Shown piece after piece: positions 13,627 to 22,208 of a DNA stretch of 23,335 nt. The position numbers were made by a program, and so were the translations under genes. The notes under the pieces are model-generated. The model searched no databases and had not been told where the DNA came from. It saw nothing but the letters and a program-made list of their open reading frames with translations. Numbering within the stretch: position 1 is the stretch's first letter; each line of letters starts with the position of its first letter. This stretch comes from Thermoanaerobaculia bacterium (GTDB lineage Bacteria; Acidobacteriota; Thermoanaerobaculia; Multivoradales; UBA5704): assembly GCA_044226625.1 (NCBI GenBank), contig JBGAGQ010000082.1:1-23335 (forward strand). The letters are read 5' to 3'.

Positions 13627-14870
13627 CCCGCCCTCCTTCCGCTCGCACCTTGGGGCAGCCAATCGGCGGGCTCCGTGCCGCGCCACTGGGCGAGGGCGCG
13701 GCCGGCGTGCGAAAGGAACGAGAAGTCGCGCTGGATCTCCTCGGCGCTCATGCCGTCGACCGTGCGCACGAGCCAGCCCGCGGCCCGGGCGCGGACTTCG
13801 AGCGGCGGCAGGATCTCGCGCGGCGCGACGGACCACCATTCGAGCGCGTGCCCGGTGGCGATCAGGCGATCGCTCAGCCGGTCTCCGTCCGCCTCGGACG
13901 GCGCGCCCCCGCGCGGCATCGCCGTCGGCCACTCGCCGTTCCAGAAGCCGTCCGGGTGCTGGTGCGCTACCAGCAGTCCGGTCGCGGCCCGGAGGTAGGC
14001 GACGACCTCCTTGCGCACCGCGGGCGACAGGATCCGCGGCCGGCCGTCGGCCGCCATGCGGTCGTCGATGCGCAGGAAGACCACCAGGGCGTGCAAGCGG
14101 TGGTTACCCCAGCAGACGCCGCGCGGCAGCTCCTCGCGCTCGATCCGCCGGGCCAGGCGATCGAACGTCATCTCCTGCCCCTCGACCGTCCGCCACCGGG
14201 CGACCGGAGGTAGGTAGAGCGCGTAGGCGAGGGCCGACCATTCGTACTCCGCCTGGTTCAGATGGAACGATCGGAGCGAGCCCACGAGCACCGAGCGGAG
14301 GGTCGTGCGACGGCCGGGGGTTACGAGCGGCTGGTCGAGCGACAGACCCGCTTCGGCGAGCGATGCGAGCGTGTGGTCGACGTGGGGGCTCGAGACGACC
14401 CCTTCGAGCGAGCGGACGGCGACCGCCGGCTGCGTGGGGGCGCCCGCGGCGTCGTCGAGCAGGAGCGGCGGCTGGTGCGGTCCGTAGGTGCCGAGAAAGC
14501 GCCAGTTGTCGGTGAGCAAGCGCAGCAGGTCGCGCCCCGAAACGTACGGTGCGGGGAGCTCGGCGTCCGGACCCCATTCGCGCAGGGCGTGCTCGACGTT
14601 GCCGATCACCGTGCCCTTCCCCGCGTCGCGCAAGGCGAGGCGCGGCAGCACGCGCCGAAGATCGGCGTCCGAGACGACGGCGGGCTCGTCGTAGAGCGGG
14701 CGCACGTCGTACGGCTCGGCGCGCAACGGCGGCGGGGAGGGAGGGAGATCCGCCGTCGTCGCGGCCCGTGCCTGCCAGGCGCACCAGCCGAGCGCCGCGA
14801 GCAGGAGAGTCGCCTCGATTGCGAATGAAAGGGACCGGGGGGTCCGGGACGATCGCGGGTAGGTGCTCAT
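13623..14870 (-). CDS. Uncharacterised exported or anchored helical protein, possibly an alpha/alpha toroid (terpene cyclase/prenyltransferase-like QW motif)
   Basis: Start ATG 14870 (ATGA overlap); hydrophobic N-terminal segment ending ARA. Motifs HVDH, EYEW, GVCWGNHRL, HQHPDGFW (QxxDGxW), ATGHALEW and LSHAGRAL. The CDS is well supported; the fold is an inference. Confidence 0.65.
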   Translation of the reverse strand: MSTYPRSSRTPRSLSFAIEATLLLAALGWCAWQARAATTADLPPSPPPLRAEPYDVRPLYDEPAVVSDADLRRVLPRLALRDAGKGTVIGNVEHALREWGPDAELPAPYVSGRDLLRLLTDNWRFLGTYGPHQPPLLLDDAAGAPTQPAVAVRSLEGVVSSPHVDHTLASLAEAGLSLDQPLVTPGRRTTLRSVLVGSLRSFHLNQAEYEWSALAYALYLPPVARWRTVEGQEMTFDRLARRIEREELPRGVCWGNHRLHALVVFLRIDDRMAADGRPRILSPAVRKEVVAYLRAATGLLVAHQHPDGFWNGEWPTAMPRGGAPSEADGDRLSDRLIATGHALEWWSVAPREILPPLEVRARAAGWLVRTVDGMSAEEIQRDFSFLSHAGRALAQWRGTEPADWLPQGASGRRAG

Positions 14871-16720
14871 CGTCCACCGCCGGCGGCAAGCGCCGTCTGT
14901 CCGGCGGGCGTTGCGAGCGGTCGCTCGGACGTCCGTCCCGCTGGCTTGGAAATCCTTTCGAACACCAGCGCCCGGTCGTCCTCGTATGCGATCCGCCAGT
15001 CGTCGTCGTAGCGCAGCGATTGGATCTGGCCGTGCTGGGTCGCGCGGTCGAAGATCGCGGTCCGCACGCCGTAACGGCCGAGCACGCGCTGCCAATCGGC
15101 GGCGCCGCCCGCGACGCGCAGGTAGTCCTGCCAGGCGAGCGGCGGCAGCGTTTCGACCCGGGTGCCGGCGAAGGGCCGCAACGTCTGCGCTCCTCGGGGA
15201 CCTTCGCGCACGAGCCAATCGGCCCAGGCGGCCGGCAGGAAGGTGAGCCCGCTCGGCGGCTGGGCGCGAAGATGGTCGGCGAGGGCGAACGGCGCCGAGG
15301 AAGAGAGCACCGCCTCGCGCGGGCGGACCTCGCGGCGCAGGAGGGCGGCCCCGACCGGAGAGAGGGCGAACGCCGCCCAGGCGAGGGCCGCGGCGAGCAG
15401 GACGCCCCGCCAGCTGGGGCGCCGCAGCGGCTCCAGCCGCTCGCGCCAGCCGGCGAGGAGGCGGCTCGAGCGGAGCGGCCTGAACGGCTCGACGAACGAG
15501 GCATCGTTGCTTCGACGGGCCGCGAGCGAAGGGAGGAGCGCGTAGACCAAGAGGGGCGCTACCCCCGCGAGCAGGCCCGCATAGGCGAGCGCCGCCGCGC
15601 CGAAGCCGGCGAGCCAGAGAGCATGCTGCGGCCGGAGAGTGGCCCCCTCCCGCCGAGCGGAAAAGCTCAAGGAAAGGAACGCAACGCAGCCGAGAAGCGC
15701 GAGCGCCCAACCGCCAGGGCTTTCGACCGATAGCGCGCGGAACGCCGGAAGGTCGGCTAGGTTGGCGCTACGGGGCAGCCGAAGGACGTAGCGCCAAAGC
15801 TCGATGCCGTACGGGGAGAACAAGGTACCCGCGGCGGCGAACAGCGTGACGCGGAGAAAGCGCCGAAGCGGACGATCCGCGGCGACCGCGGCGACCGCGG
15901 CGACCGCTGAGAACGGGCGCGCACCCACCCTCCGGGCGCGACCGAGCGCCTCGATCAGACGCCCCAGGGTCGCGAGGCTGAGCGCGGCGAGGCCGACGGC
16001 GAACGAGACGTGAAGATTCGCCCACAGTGCGAAGAGGGCGGCCCAGCCGGCGAGCGCTACCGCTTCGGCCCATCCGTTCGCTGAGGCCTTGCGCTCGAAG
16101 GAATCCGCTTCGGACGGCACCCCCTCCCCCGCTTCCAGCCGCTCGATTCGCACCAAGAAGAGCGCGAGGCAGAGGGCGCCGAAGATCTGCGGGAGGAAGA
16201 CCGCGTAGGGTCCCGTGGGAGAGAGCGAGAGCGCGAGGACGGCGACCGCGCCGAGGAGCCCCAGGGGACCGAAGGCCCGGCCGGACAGGGCGCGCGAGAA
16301 CGCCGTCCAGAGCACGCCCAGCGTCGCCAACCGAAGGAAGGCGAACAGCGTTGCGAGCCAGGCGTAGCCGGCTCCCGGCCGCACCGCGTCCCCCGCCCGC
16401 GCGACGGCGGCGAGGATCGCCTCGGAGCCCCAGGAGGCGTCGAGCAGGGGCATCCCTTCCGCGAGCGGCAGCGTCGGATCCGAGGCAGGGAGCGCCCGGT
16501 GCTCGACGATCCAATCGCCGTAGACCAGTTGGCCGGCGAGGCCCGCCATTTCGAGCGGCGCGTAGGCGAGGAGGAGGAACGCGGCGGCCACCAAGGCGAG
16601 CCCCGCGACCGCCACGGCGGACAGGGCCCAGCGCGTAGTGCCTCCCCTCGCCTCGGCGTCTTCCGGAGTCAGGGAGTGGGAGAGCGGACCGGCGGGCGGG
16701 CTATCGGCGGGCAGGATCAT
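14867..16720 (-). CDS. Polytopic membrane protein, GT-C-fold glycosyltransferase-like
   Basis: About 10 hydrophobic segments followed by a soluble C-terminal domain. Motifs G.WI......P..DP, SW, LWANLH.SF..G, SPYG and YEDD.A.VF. RBS GAGGTG. Confidence 0.65.
   Translation of the reverse strand: MILPADSPPAGPLSHSLTPEDAEARGGTTRWALSAVAVAGLALVAAAFLLLAYAPLEMAGLAGQLVYGDWIVEHRALPASDPTLPLAEGMPLLDASWGSEAILAAVARAGDAVRPGAGYAWLATLFAFLRLATLGVLWTAFSRALSGRAFGPLGLLGAVAVLALSLSPTGPYAVFLPQIFGALCLALFLVRIERLEAGEGVPSEADSFERKASANGWAEAVALAGWAALFALWANLHVSFAVGLAALSLATLGRLIEALGRARRVGARPFSAVAAVAAVAADRPLRRFLRVTLFAAAGTLFSPYGIELWRYVLRLPRSANLADLPAFRALSVESPGGWALALLGCVAFLSLSFSARREGATLRPQHALWLAGFGAAALAYAGLLAGVAPLLVYALLPSLAARRSNDASFVEPFRPLRSSRLLAGWRERLEPLRRPSWRGVLLAAALAWAAFALSPVGAALLRREVRPREAVLSSSAPFALADHLRAQPPSGLTFLPAAWADWLVREGPRGAQTLRPFAGTRVETLPPLAWQDYLRVAGGAADWQRVLGRYGVRTAIFDRATQHGQIQSLRYDDDWRIAYEDDRALVFERISKPAGRTSERPLATPAGQTALAAGGGR
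15877..15907. repeat. In-frame 9-bp tandem repeat (CCGCGGCGA x3 plus partial), encoding AVAAVAAVAA
   Basis: Read directly from the sequence. Confidence 0.85.
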
Positions 16721-16756
16721 GGCGACACCTCGTGGAGCGTTCTGATGCGGATCTCT

Positions 16757-17659
16757 TCAGCCGAGGACGGCGCGCACCTCTTCCAACAGCTGAAGGATCG
16801 CCGGGAAGAAAGTGAGCAGGAAGAACAAGGGAAATCCGGCGAGCATCACCGGGAAAGTCACTTTGACCGAGGCGGCGTTGATCCGCTTGAGCGCAGTCTC
16901 CCGGCGTTTGGTCCAGAGCAGCTCGGCCTGGGAGGTGAGCGTGGAGCGGACCGGCGTTCCGAGGCGTGCGCCCAGCTCCAGCGCGGCGGCGAGCGCGCGC
17001 AGATCGGCCACGCCCGTCCGCGCGGCGAGGGCGCGGAACGCCGTCGTCGGGTCCTGCCCCGCGTCGAGCTCTTGGCCCAGGATCGCCACCTCGCGGGCGA
17101 GCGGATGGGAGGGTGCGAGACCCTCGCGCCCGGCGCGTCGGAACGCGCGCTCCAGCGACAGCCCCGAATGGAGGAAGGCGACCATCAGGTCGACGAAGAA
17201 CGAGAGCGCCTGGGCGACCTTCGCCCGCCGCCGACGCCGCACACCGAGCAGCCAGAGGTCGGGAAGGACGAAACCGAGGATCGCCGGCACGGCCAACACG
17301 ACGGCGGATCGCGAGCCCCCCATTCCGCTCAATCGGCCCCAAGGCATCAGTATCTCGATCGCGAGCGAGGGCAGGAGCAACGCGAGGACGACGCGGGAGA
17401 CGACGAACAGGCCGAACAGCGACCCGGGATCGAAGCCCGCCTGGCGCGCCGCCTTCGGGAAGTAGCCCGAGATCGCCGTCGTCGCGCGTTTCCAACCCGA
17501 GGCGATCGAGGTCCCGTCGGATCCGCCGCGTACGGGAAGGGTGTTCTGGGCGCCGACCAGCCATGCCGCTCCGGGGCCGGCGGGGCGGCTTCGCAGGAGC
17601 CAGATCACGGCGGCGAGCGCCCCGGCGGCGAGTAGCAGATCCAGGCCGGATCCGCTCAC
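16757..17659 (-). CDS. tadC: TadC, type II secretion system F-family platform protein
   Basis: Start GTG 17659 (GTGA overlap with tadB). LGFVLPDLWL..RRRRR, DLMVAFLHSGLSLE.A, AFRALAART, GTPVRSTL, SVKVTFPV...FP. Confidence 0.88.
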   Translation of the reverse strand: MSGSGLDLLLAAGALAAVIWLLRSRPAGPGAAWLVGAQNTLPVRGGSDGTSIASGWKRATTAISGYFPKAARQAGFDPGSLFGLFVVSRVVLALLLPSLAIEILMPWGRLSGMGGSRSAVVLAVPAILGFVLPDLWLLGVRRRRRAKVAQALSFFVDLMVAFLHSGLSLERAFRRAGREGLAPSHPLAREVAILGQELDAGQDPTTAFRALAARTGVADLRALAAALELGARLGTPVRSTLTSQAELLWTKRRETALKRINAASVKVTFPVMLAGFPLFFLLTFFPAILQLLEEVRAVLG

Positions 17660-18591
17660 AGCTCGATCCTCAAAATGCGCCCGAGCCACATCCAGGCGGC
17701 GATCTGGAGCAGTACCGCGACGGTGAGCAGCGACGGCCCGTACGGATGCTCGATCAGGCGCCGGATGAGATCGGGCAGCTTCCAGAGGAAGATCGGAATC
17801 ACCCCGTACGGGAGTAGCGCCACGGCGACCGCCGTGACCCGCGCGCCGCCGAGCTGGGAGAGCAGGCGCAGGCGCACCTGGATGCGATCGCGGACGATCC
17901 GGCCGACCGATTCGAGCAGCGGCGCGAGGTCGCCTCCGACCTCCCACTTCGCGATCAGGCTCTGGGCGAAAAGGCGCACCCCTTCGGCGTCGTACCCCGC
18001 GAGGAGGCGCGAGAGGGCGCGGCGGATCGGCATGCCGAGCGCGAGTCGGTGGGCCACCTCCGCGAACTCGCGGCGGATCGCGCCGGTCGACGCCTCGGCG
18101 ACGCTCGCGAACGCTTGGGTCGGGTTCTCCCCCGCCTGAAGCGAGCCGACCATGAAGCCGAGCGCCTCGCCCAGCCGCGCCTCGAAACGCCGGGCGCGCC
18201 ACCGGCCGAGCGAGCCGAGCCACGCCCACGGGAGGTAGAGGGCGAGGCCCGCGGCGGCGAACGCCGCAAGCGGCACGGCGGGGAGCAGCGCCGCGAGGCC
18301 CGAGGCCGCCGCCACCGCTCCGAGCACGCCGGCCGCGACGAAGGTCGCCGGACCGATCGGGAGCCCCGCCGCGCGGAGCCGACGGTCGAGAGCGCCGCGC
18401 GCGGTTCGTCCAGGCTCTGGATCGCCGCCGCCAGACGAGAGGGGATCGCCTCCACCCGGCCGTTCGGCGAGGCGGGCGAGCAGCCGCCGGTCGCGCCGCT
18501 CGGCGAGCCCGGCGCGCAGGTAGTCCGCCGCGGCCGCGGCGACCACGAGCGCGGCGGCGAGCAGCATCAGCCCCTCGGTCCACGGGGGCAT
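17656..18591 (-). CDS. tadB: TadB, type II secretion system F-family platform protein
   Basis: Start ATG 18591 or GTG 18594. RRFEARLGEALGFMVGSLQAG, EF......LG, EVGGDLA..LE......RDR, followed by C-terminal TM helices. Confidence 0.9.
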   Translation of the reverse strand: MPPWTEGLMLLAAALVVAAAAADYLRAGLAERRDRRLLARLAERPGGGDPLSSGGGDPEPGRTARGALDRRLRAAGLPIGPATFVAAGVLGAVAAASGLAALLPAVPLAAFAAAGLALYLPWAWLGSLGRWRARRFEARLGEALGFMVGSLQAGENPTQAFASVAEASTGAIRREFAEVAHRLALGMPIRRALSRLLAGYDAEGVRLFAQSLIAKWEVGGDLAPLLESVGRIVRDRIQVRLRLLSQLGGARVTAVAVALLPYGVIPIFLWKLPDLIRRLIEHPYGPSLLTVAVLLQIAAWMWLGRILRIEL

Positions 18592-20087
18592 CACGGCGCG
18601 GCGCTCTCCGGCTCTTCCGCCGTGGCATCCAACAGCGATTCTTCGAAGCCGGGCAGCCCGGCCAGGCGCGGCAGGAAGGCGGGCCGCAGGCCGGTCGCCA
18701 CGTGGCGACCAGCACCGCCGCCTTCGAACCGGAAGAGCTCGCGCGTGAGCAGGCGGCCCTCGTCGATCCGCACCTCGCGCACGGAGGTCACGCGACGGCT
18801 GCCGTCGCGCGCGCGGTTCACCTGGATCACCAGGTCGAACGCCGCCCCCAACAGCTCGCGGATCGCCGCGCTCGGCAGCTCGAAGCCGCCCATCTGGACC
18901 AGGTTCTCGAGGCGGCGGAGGGCGTCCTCCGGCGTATTCGCGTGGACGGTCGTGAGGCTCCCCTCGTGCCCCGTGTTCATCGCCTGCAGCATGTCGAACG
19001 CCTCGGGGCCGCGGACCTCGCCGACCAGGATGCGGTCGGGGCGCATGCGCAGAGCGTTCTTGACCAGCGTGCGCAGGGAGACCTCCCCCTTGCCCTCGAT
19101 GTTCGGCAGCCGCGCTTCGAGCGAAACCTTGTGGGGGTGCGGAAAGCGCAGCTCCACGGTCTCCTCGATCGTGATCACCCGCTCGCTCGGCGGGATCAGC
19201 GCGGCGAGCACGTTGAGCAGGGTCGTCTTGCCGGACGCGGTGCCGCCGGAGATCAGGATGTTCAACCGCGCCCGCACGGCGGCCGCGAGGAAGCGCGAGA
19301 GGACGGGCGAAATCGTGCCCCCTCGGGCGAGCTCGTCGAGTTGGAAGGGCGCCGGGCGCGCGCGGCGGATCGAGACCACCGGCGCGGGGGCGAGCGGCGG
19401 GATCAACGCGTGGAGGCGGCTGCCATCCGGCAGGCGCACGTCGACGCAGGGAGAGGCCTCGTCGAGGTGCCGTCCCTGCGAGCCGACGAGGCGGCCGAGA
19501 ATCCGCACGAGATGGGCGCCGTCGTCGAAACGGACGCGCGTCCGCTCCAGCCGTCCGAAGCGGTCGACCCAGACCTCGTCCGGGCCGTTGACCAAGATGT
19601 CGGAGACCGTCGGATCGGAAAAGAGCGGCTCGAGCGGCCCGAGGCCGCGGATCTCGGCGACCACCCGATCGAGCAAGCGTGAGCGCTCGCCCGCGTCGAG
19701 CGGCGCGAGCCGCCCCGAAGCCTCCGACTCCTCGATGAGACGCCGGACCCGGCGGCGCGCTTCGCGCGAGCCGATCTGGGCCGTGGCGGCTCCGTTCCGC
19801 GCGTCGACGCTCGCGAGGAACAGCTCGAGGATTCGACGTCGCGGGAGCTGCCGCGAGCGGTCCGTCTCCGCTTCGGAGCCCTCGCCGCCGAGAACGCCGA
19901 GCACGCCGAGGGTCCTCTCGCCGCGCTCGGCCCGATCGATCGACTCGCCTCTCTGGACCCCCGAGATCCGCCGCGCGGCCGAGAGGCTTCGCCGCCGCCA
20001 GCCGGACCGCAGCCGCACGCGGTAGTCCTCGCCAGCCTCCAACGAGGCGTCCGCGCCGGCCGAATCGAACGGGTTTCCCGCGCTCAT
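18591..20087 (-). CDS. cpaF: CpaF/TadA pilus assembly ATPase
   Basis: GLGPLEPL..DPTVSDILVNG, Walker A SGGTASGKTT, TIEETVEL, NALRMRPDRILVGEVRG, AMNTGHEGSLTTVHAN. Confidence 0.96.
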   Translation of the reverse strand: MSAGNPFDSAGADASLEAGEDYRVRLRSGWRRRSLSAARRISGVQRGESIDRAERGERTLGVLGVLGGEGSEAETDRSRQLPRRRILELFLASVDARNGAATAQIGSREARRRVRRLIEESEASGRLAPLDAGERSRLLDRVVAEIRGLGPLEPLFSDPTVSDILVNGPDEVWVDRFGRLERTRVRFDDGAHLVRILGRLVGSQGRHLDEASPCVDVRLPDGSRLHALIPPLAPAPVVSIRRARPAPFQLDELARGGTISPVLSRFLAAAVRARLNILISGGTASGKTTLLNVLAALIPPSERVITIEETVELRFPHPHKVSLEARLPNIEGKGEVSLRTLVKNALRMRPDRILVGEVRGPEAFDMLQAMNTGHEGSLTTVHANTPEDALRRLENLVQMGGFELPSAAIRELLGAAFDLVIQVNRARDGSRRVTSVREVRIDEGRLLTRELFRFEGGGAGRHVATGLRPAFLPRLAGLPGFEESLLDATAEEPESAAP

Positions 20088-21385
20088 CGAGCTCCCCGCG
20101 CCTCCGGCACGGCCATCTCCGCCCTGCCGGCGAGCAGCAGGTCGACGAGCCGCTGAACGCCGACCGAGAACGGAGCCTTCGGTTGGGCGAGCACCATCGG
20201 CGATCCGGTGGCACCCGCCGCGCGCACCGCCTCGGCCTCGGGCAGGACGGCGTCGATCGGGCGCCCTAGATGCTCCGAGACCGTCCGCTCCGACAGGAGC
20301 CCGGGGCCCGAGCCCTGGCGGTTGAGCACCACCCGGAAACGGTCGCGGGCGAACCCCTCCTCGGCGAGGAGATCGAGCCAGACCGCGCTTGCGACCACCG
20401 TCGGCGCGACCGCCTCGGTGACCAGCACGATCGACTCGGCGAGGTCGAGCACGGCGAGGCTCCAGAGATCGAGCGCGCTCGGGGTATCCACGATCACGAG
20501 GCCGAAGCGGCGACGGAGCGCGACGAGCGCCGCTCCGAGATCCTCCGGCGCGACGCCCGCCGCGGCGCGTGGATCGCGCGGCGCGGCGAGCAGGGCGAGC
20601 CCGCTACGGTCATCGTACGCGAGATAGCTCGCGAGAGACTCCAGCCGATCGAGCCGGCCGAGCTGGCCTAGGTCGGTCGCGAGATCCCCGAGGTCGGCCT
20701 CCGGCTTGACGCCCAGGAGCGCCGCGCCGGAGCCGAACGTGCAGGCCGCGTCGCAGAGGACGACCCCTCGTCCGATCCGCCCGGAGGCCGCGAGCGCGAG
20801 CGCGGCGTTCGCGGCGAGCGTGGAGGTCCCTACGCCCCCCTTGTGGCCGACGAACGCGACCAGCCGCCCTTCCATTGGCCGCCGGCTGCCGGAGGGGCCG
20901 TCGAGCCCCCGCACTCCCCCTTCCAACGTCCCACCCCATTCCCCTTCCAGCGCCGCGGCCAGCTCGTCCTCCGCCGCGGGCAGCGCCACGAAGTCGCCGC
21001 ACCCGGCGCGGGCGGCGCCGCGAAACAGATCCCCGTCGCCCTCCTTCGCCTCGAGCGGGCTGAAGAGAGCGACGATCCGCCGCCCCGCGCGCCGTCCCGC
21101 GCGCGCCAGCTCGAGCGCGAGATCCCGCTCCGCGCCGAGGTCGAGCAGGACCACGTGCGGATCGAGCCGCGGCATGCGCTCGAACGCGGCCAGCGGCCCC
21201 GGGCAGTCATAGATCGAAAGCGGTCCGGGAGCGATCCGCCGGAGCGACGATTCGATCGCCGCGCGGACCTGCGCGTCGGGATGGATCACCAGAACGCGCA
21301 GCGCTCGAGCATCCTCGCTCCGTGGCGCGCCGCCCGGAAGGTCCCGCGGCGCGCCGAAATTCGCAGGGTTCCTCGAACCGATCAC
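20084..21385 (-). CDS. cpaE: CpaE/TadZ (receiver-like domain + MinD/ParA ATPase)
   Basis: GTG start with RBS GAGGAG. Receiver-like N-terminus (RVLVI...PHVVLLDL), deviant Walker A KGGVGTST, VIVDTP, VVLNR. Confidence 0.9.
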   Translation of the reverse strand: MIGSRNPANFGAPRDLPGGAPRSEDARALRVLVIHPDAQVRAAIESSLRRIAPGPLSIYDCPGPLAAFERMPRLDPHVVLLDLGAERDLALELARAGRRAGRRIVALFSPLEAKEGDGDLFRGAARAGCGDFVALPAAEDELAAALEGEWGGTLEGGVRGLDGPSGSRRPMEGRLVAFVGHKGGVGTSTLAANAALALAASGRIGRGVVLCDAACTFGSGAALLGVKPEADLGDLATDLGQLGRLDRLESLASYLAYDDRSGLALLAAPRDPRAAAGVAPEDLGAALVALRRRFGLVIVDTPSALDLWSLAVLDLAESIVLVTEAVAPTVVASAVWLDLLAEEGFARDRFRVVLNRQGSGPGLLSERTVSEHLGRPIDAVLPEAEAVRAAGATGSPMVLAQPKAPFSVGVQRLVDLLLAGRAEMAVPEARGAR

Positions 21386-21520
21386 CGCATCTCCTCGGCC
21401 CTCGATGGGTGGTTTCGATCACTATACGCACCGGTTTTCGGCTTGTGAACGGCCGATCTTTCCTTTCGCCGCGGCGAAAAAATAGAAAATCCAATGACGG
21501 CAGAGAGATAGAGAGACCGC

Positions 21521-21557
21521 TCAGGTTTTTGGAAGCAAAGATTCAGGTTTTTCCCGA
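21521..21557. promoter_or_regulatory. Putative transcription-factor sites upstream of cpaE (TCAGGTTTTT x2, 22-bp period)
   Basis: Exact 10-bp direct repeat at 21521-21530 and 21543-21552; the second copy extends to the quasi-palindrome TCAGG-N5-CCCGA. Confidence 0.45.
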
Positions 21558-21790
21558 GAGGCGACGAAGCGCGCCTCGCGACCCAGGTGTCACCTTTCGG
21601 ATGCAGTGGGAGGATCGCCGGTATCCGAACCGCGGCGCGAAATAGTCAAGATTTCGATAGCACGCGGATTCACGAGCGCCGTACGCTCCTCGGCGTTGGA
21701 TCTCGGGTCGTCCGAGATCCCGCGGCGCGAAGCCGGGGCTTGACGTTTCCGCTCCTCTCGGCGTTAGTTCCGGCCCGCGCCGCGCAGCTT

Positions 21791-21972
21791 TAACCCGAAT
21801 TTCTCAACGGGTTTCGTAGCGAGGCGGAAGAGATGCCGGTGAATGCAAGGCGCGCGAAGGGAGGACGACGTAGGCGGAGTCGACCCTCCGTCGAGGAGTC
21901 CGAACGAGCGCAACGCAGCAGGCGCCGGCAGATGTTCCGCCGCAGCAGAAAACCGGTGAGAAATTCGGGTTA
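21791..21972. mobile_element. MITE-like element, 182 bp, with 25-bp imperfect terminal inverted repeats
   Basis: Left end TAACCCGAATTTCTCAACGGGTTTC versus the reverse complement of the right end TAACCCGAATTTCTCACCGGTTTTC (2 mismatches). TA at both ends may be a target-site duplication. Further internal complementarity; no transposase. Confidence 0.7.
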
Positions 21973-22208
21973 GATCTCGAGAAAATCGCTCCGCCAGGCT
22001 TCGTGGTCATGGCGGGTCGTGCAGGCTCCACCCTCCCCCCTCGTCATCTCTCCCCTCCCGCCACAAATTCTCCGGGCCGACCGGGCCCGGAGCCCTCCTT
22101 GGCGCTTGGGAGCGCGCAAACGAATGCGCCTGGCTCCTCGCGGAACCTTCGGCTAGGCTTTGACGTATCCCGTCGATCCGCACACGTCCACTTCCACGAG
22201 GACACCGC

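Noticed and set aside
10180-20214. Long Arg/Pro-rich N-terminal extensions on the secretin, regulator, kinase, QW protein, TadC and TadB ORFs, suggesting fusions
   Set aside because: They overlap upstream genes in another frame; the true starts coincide with ATGA/GTGA stop-start overlaps.
21740-21770. Sigma-70 promoter (TTGACG ... TTAGTT)
   Set aside because: The -35 is good but there is no TAnnnT -10 at 16-18 bp spacing.
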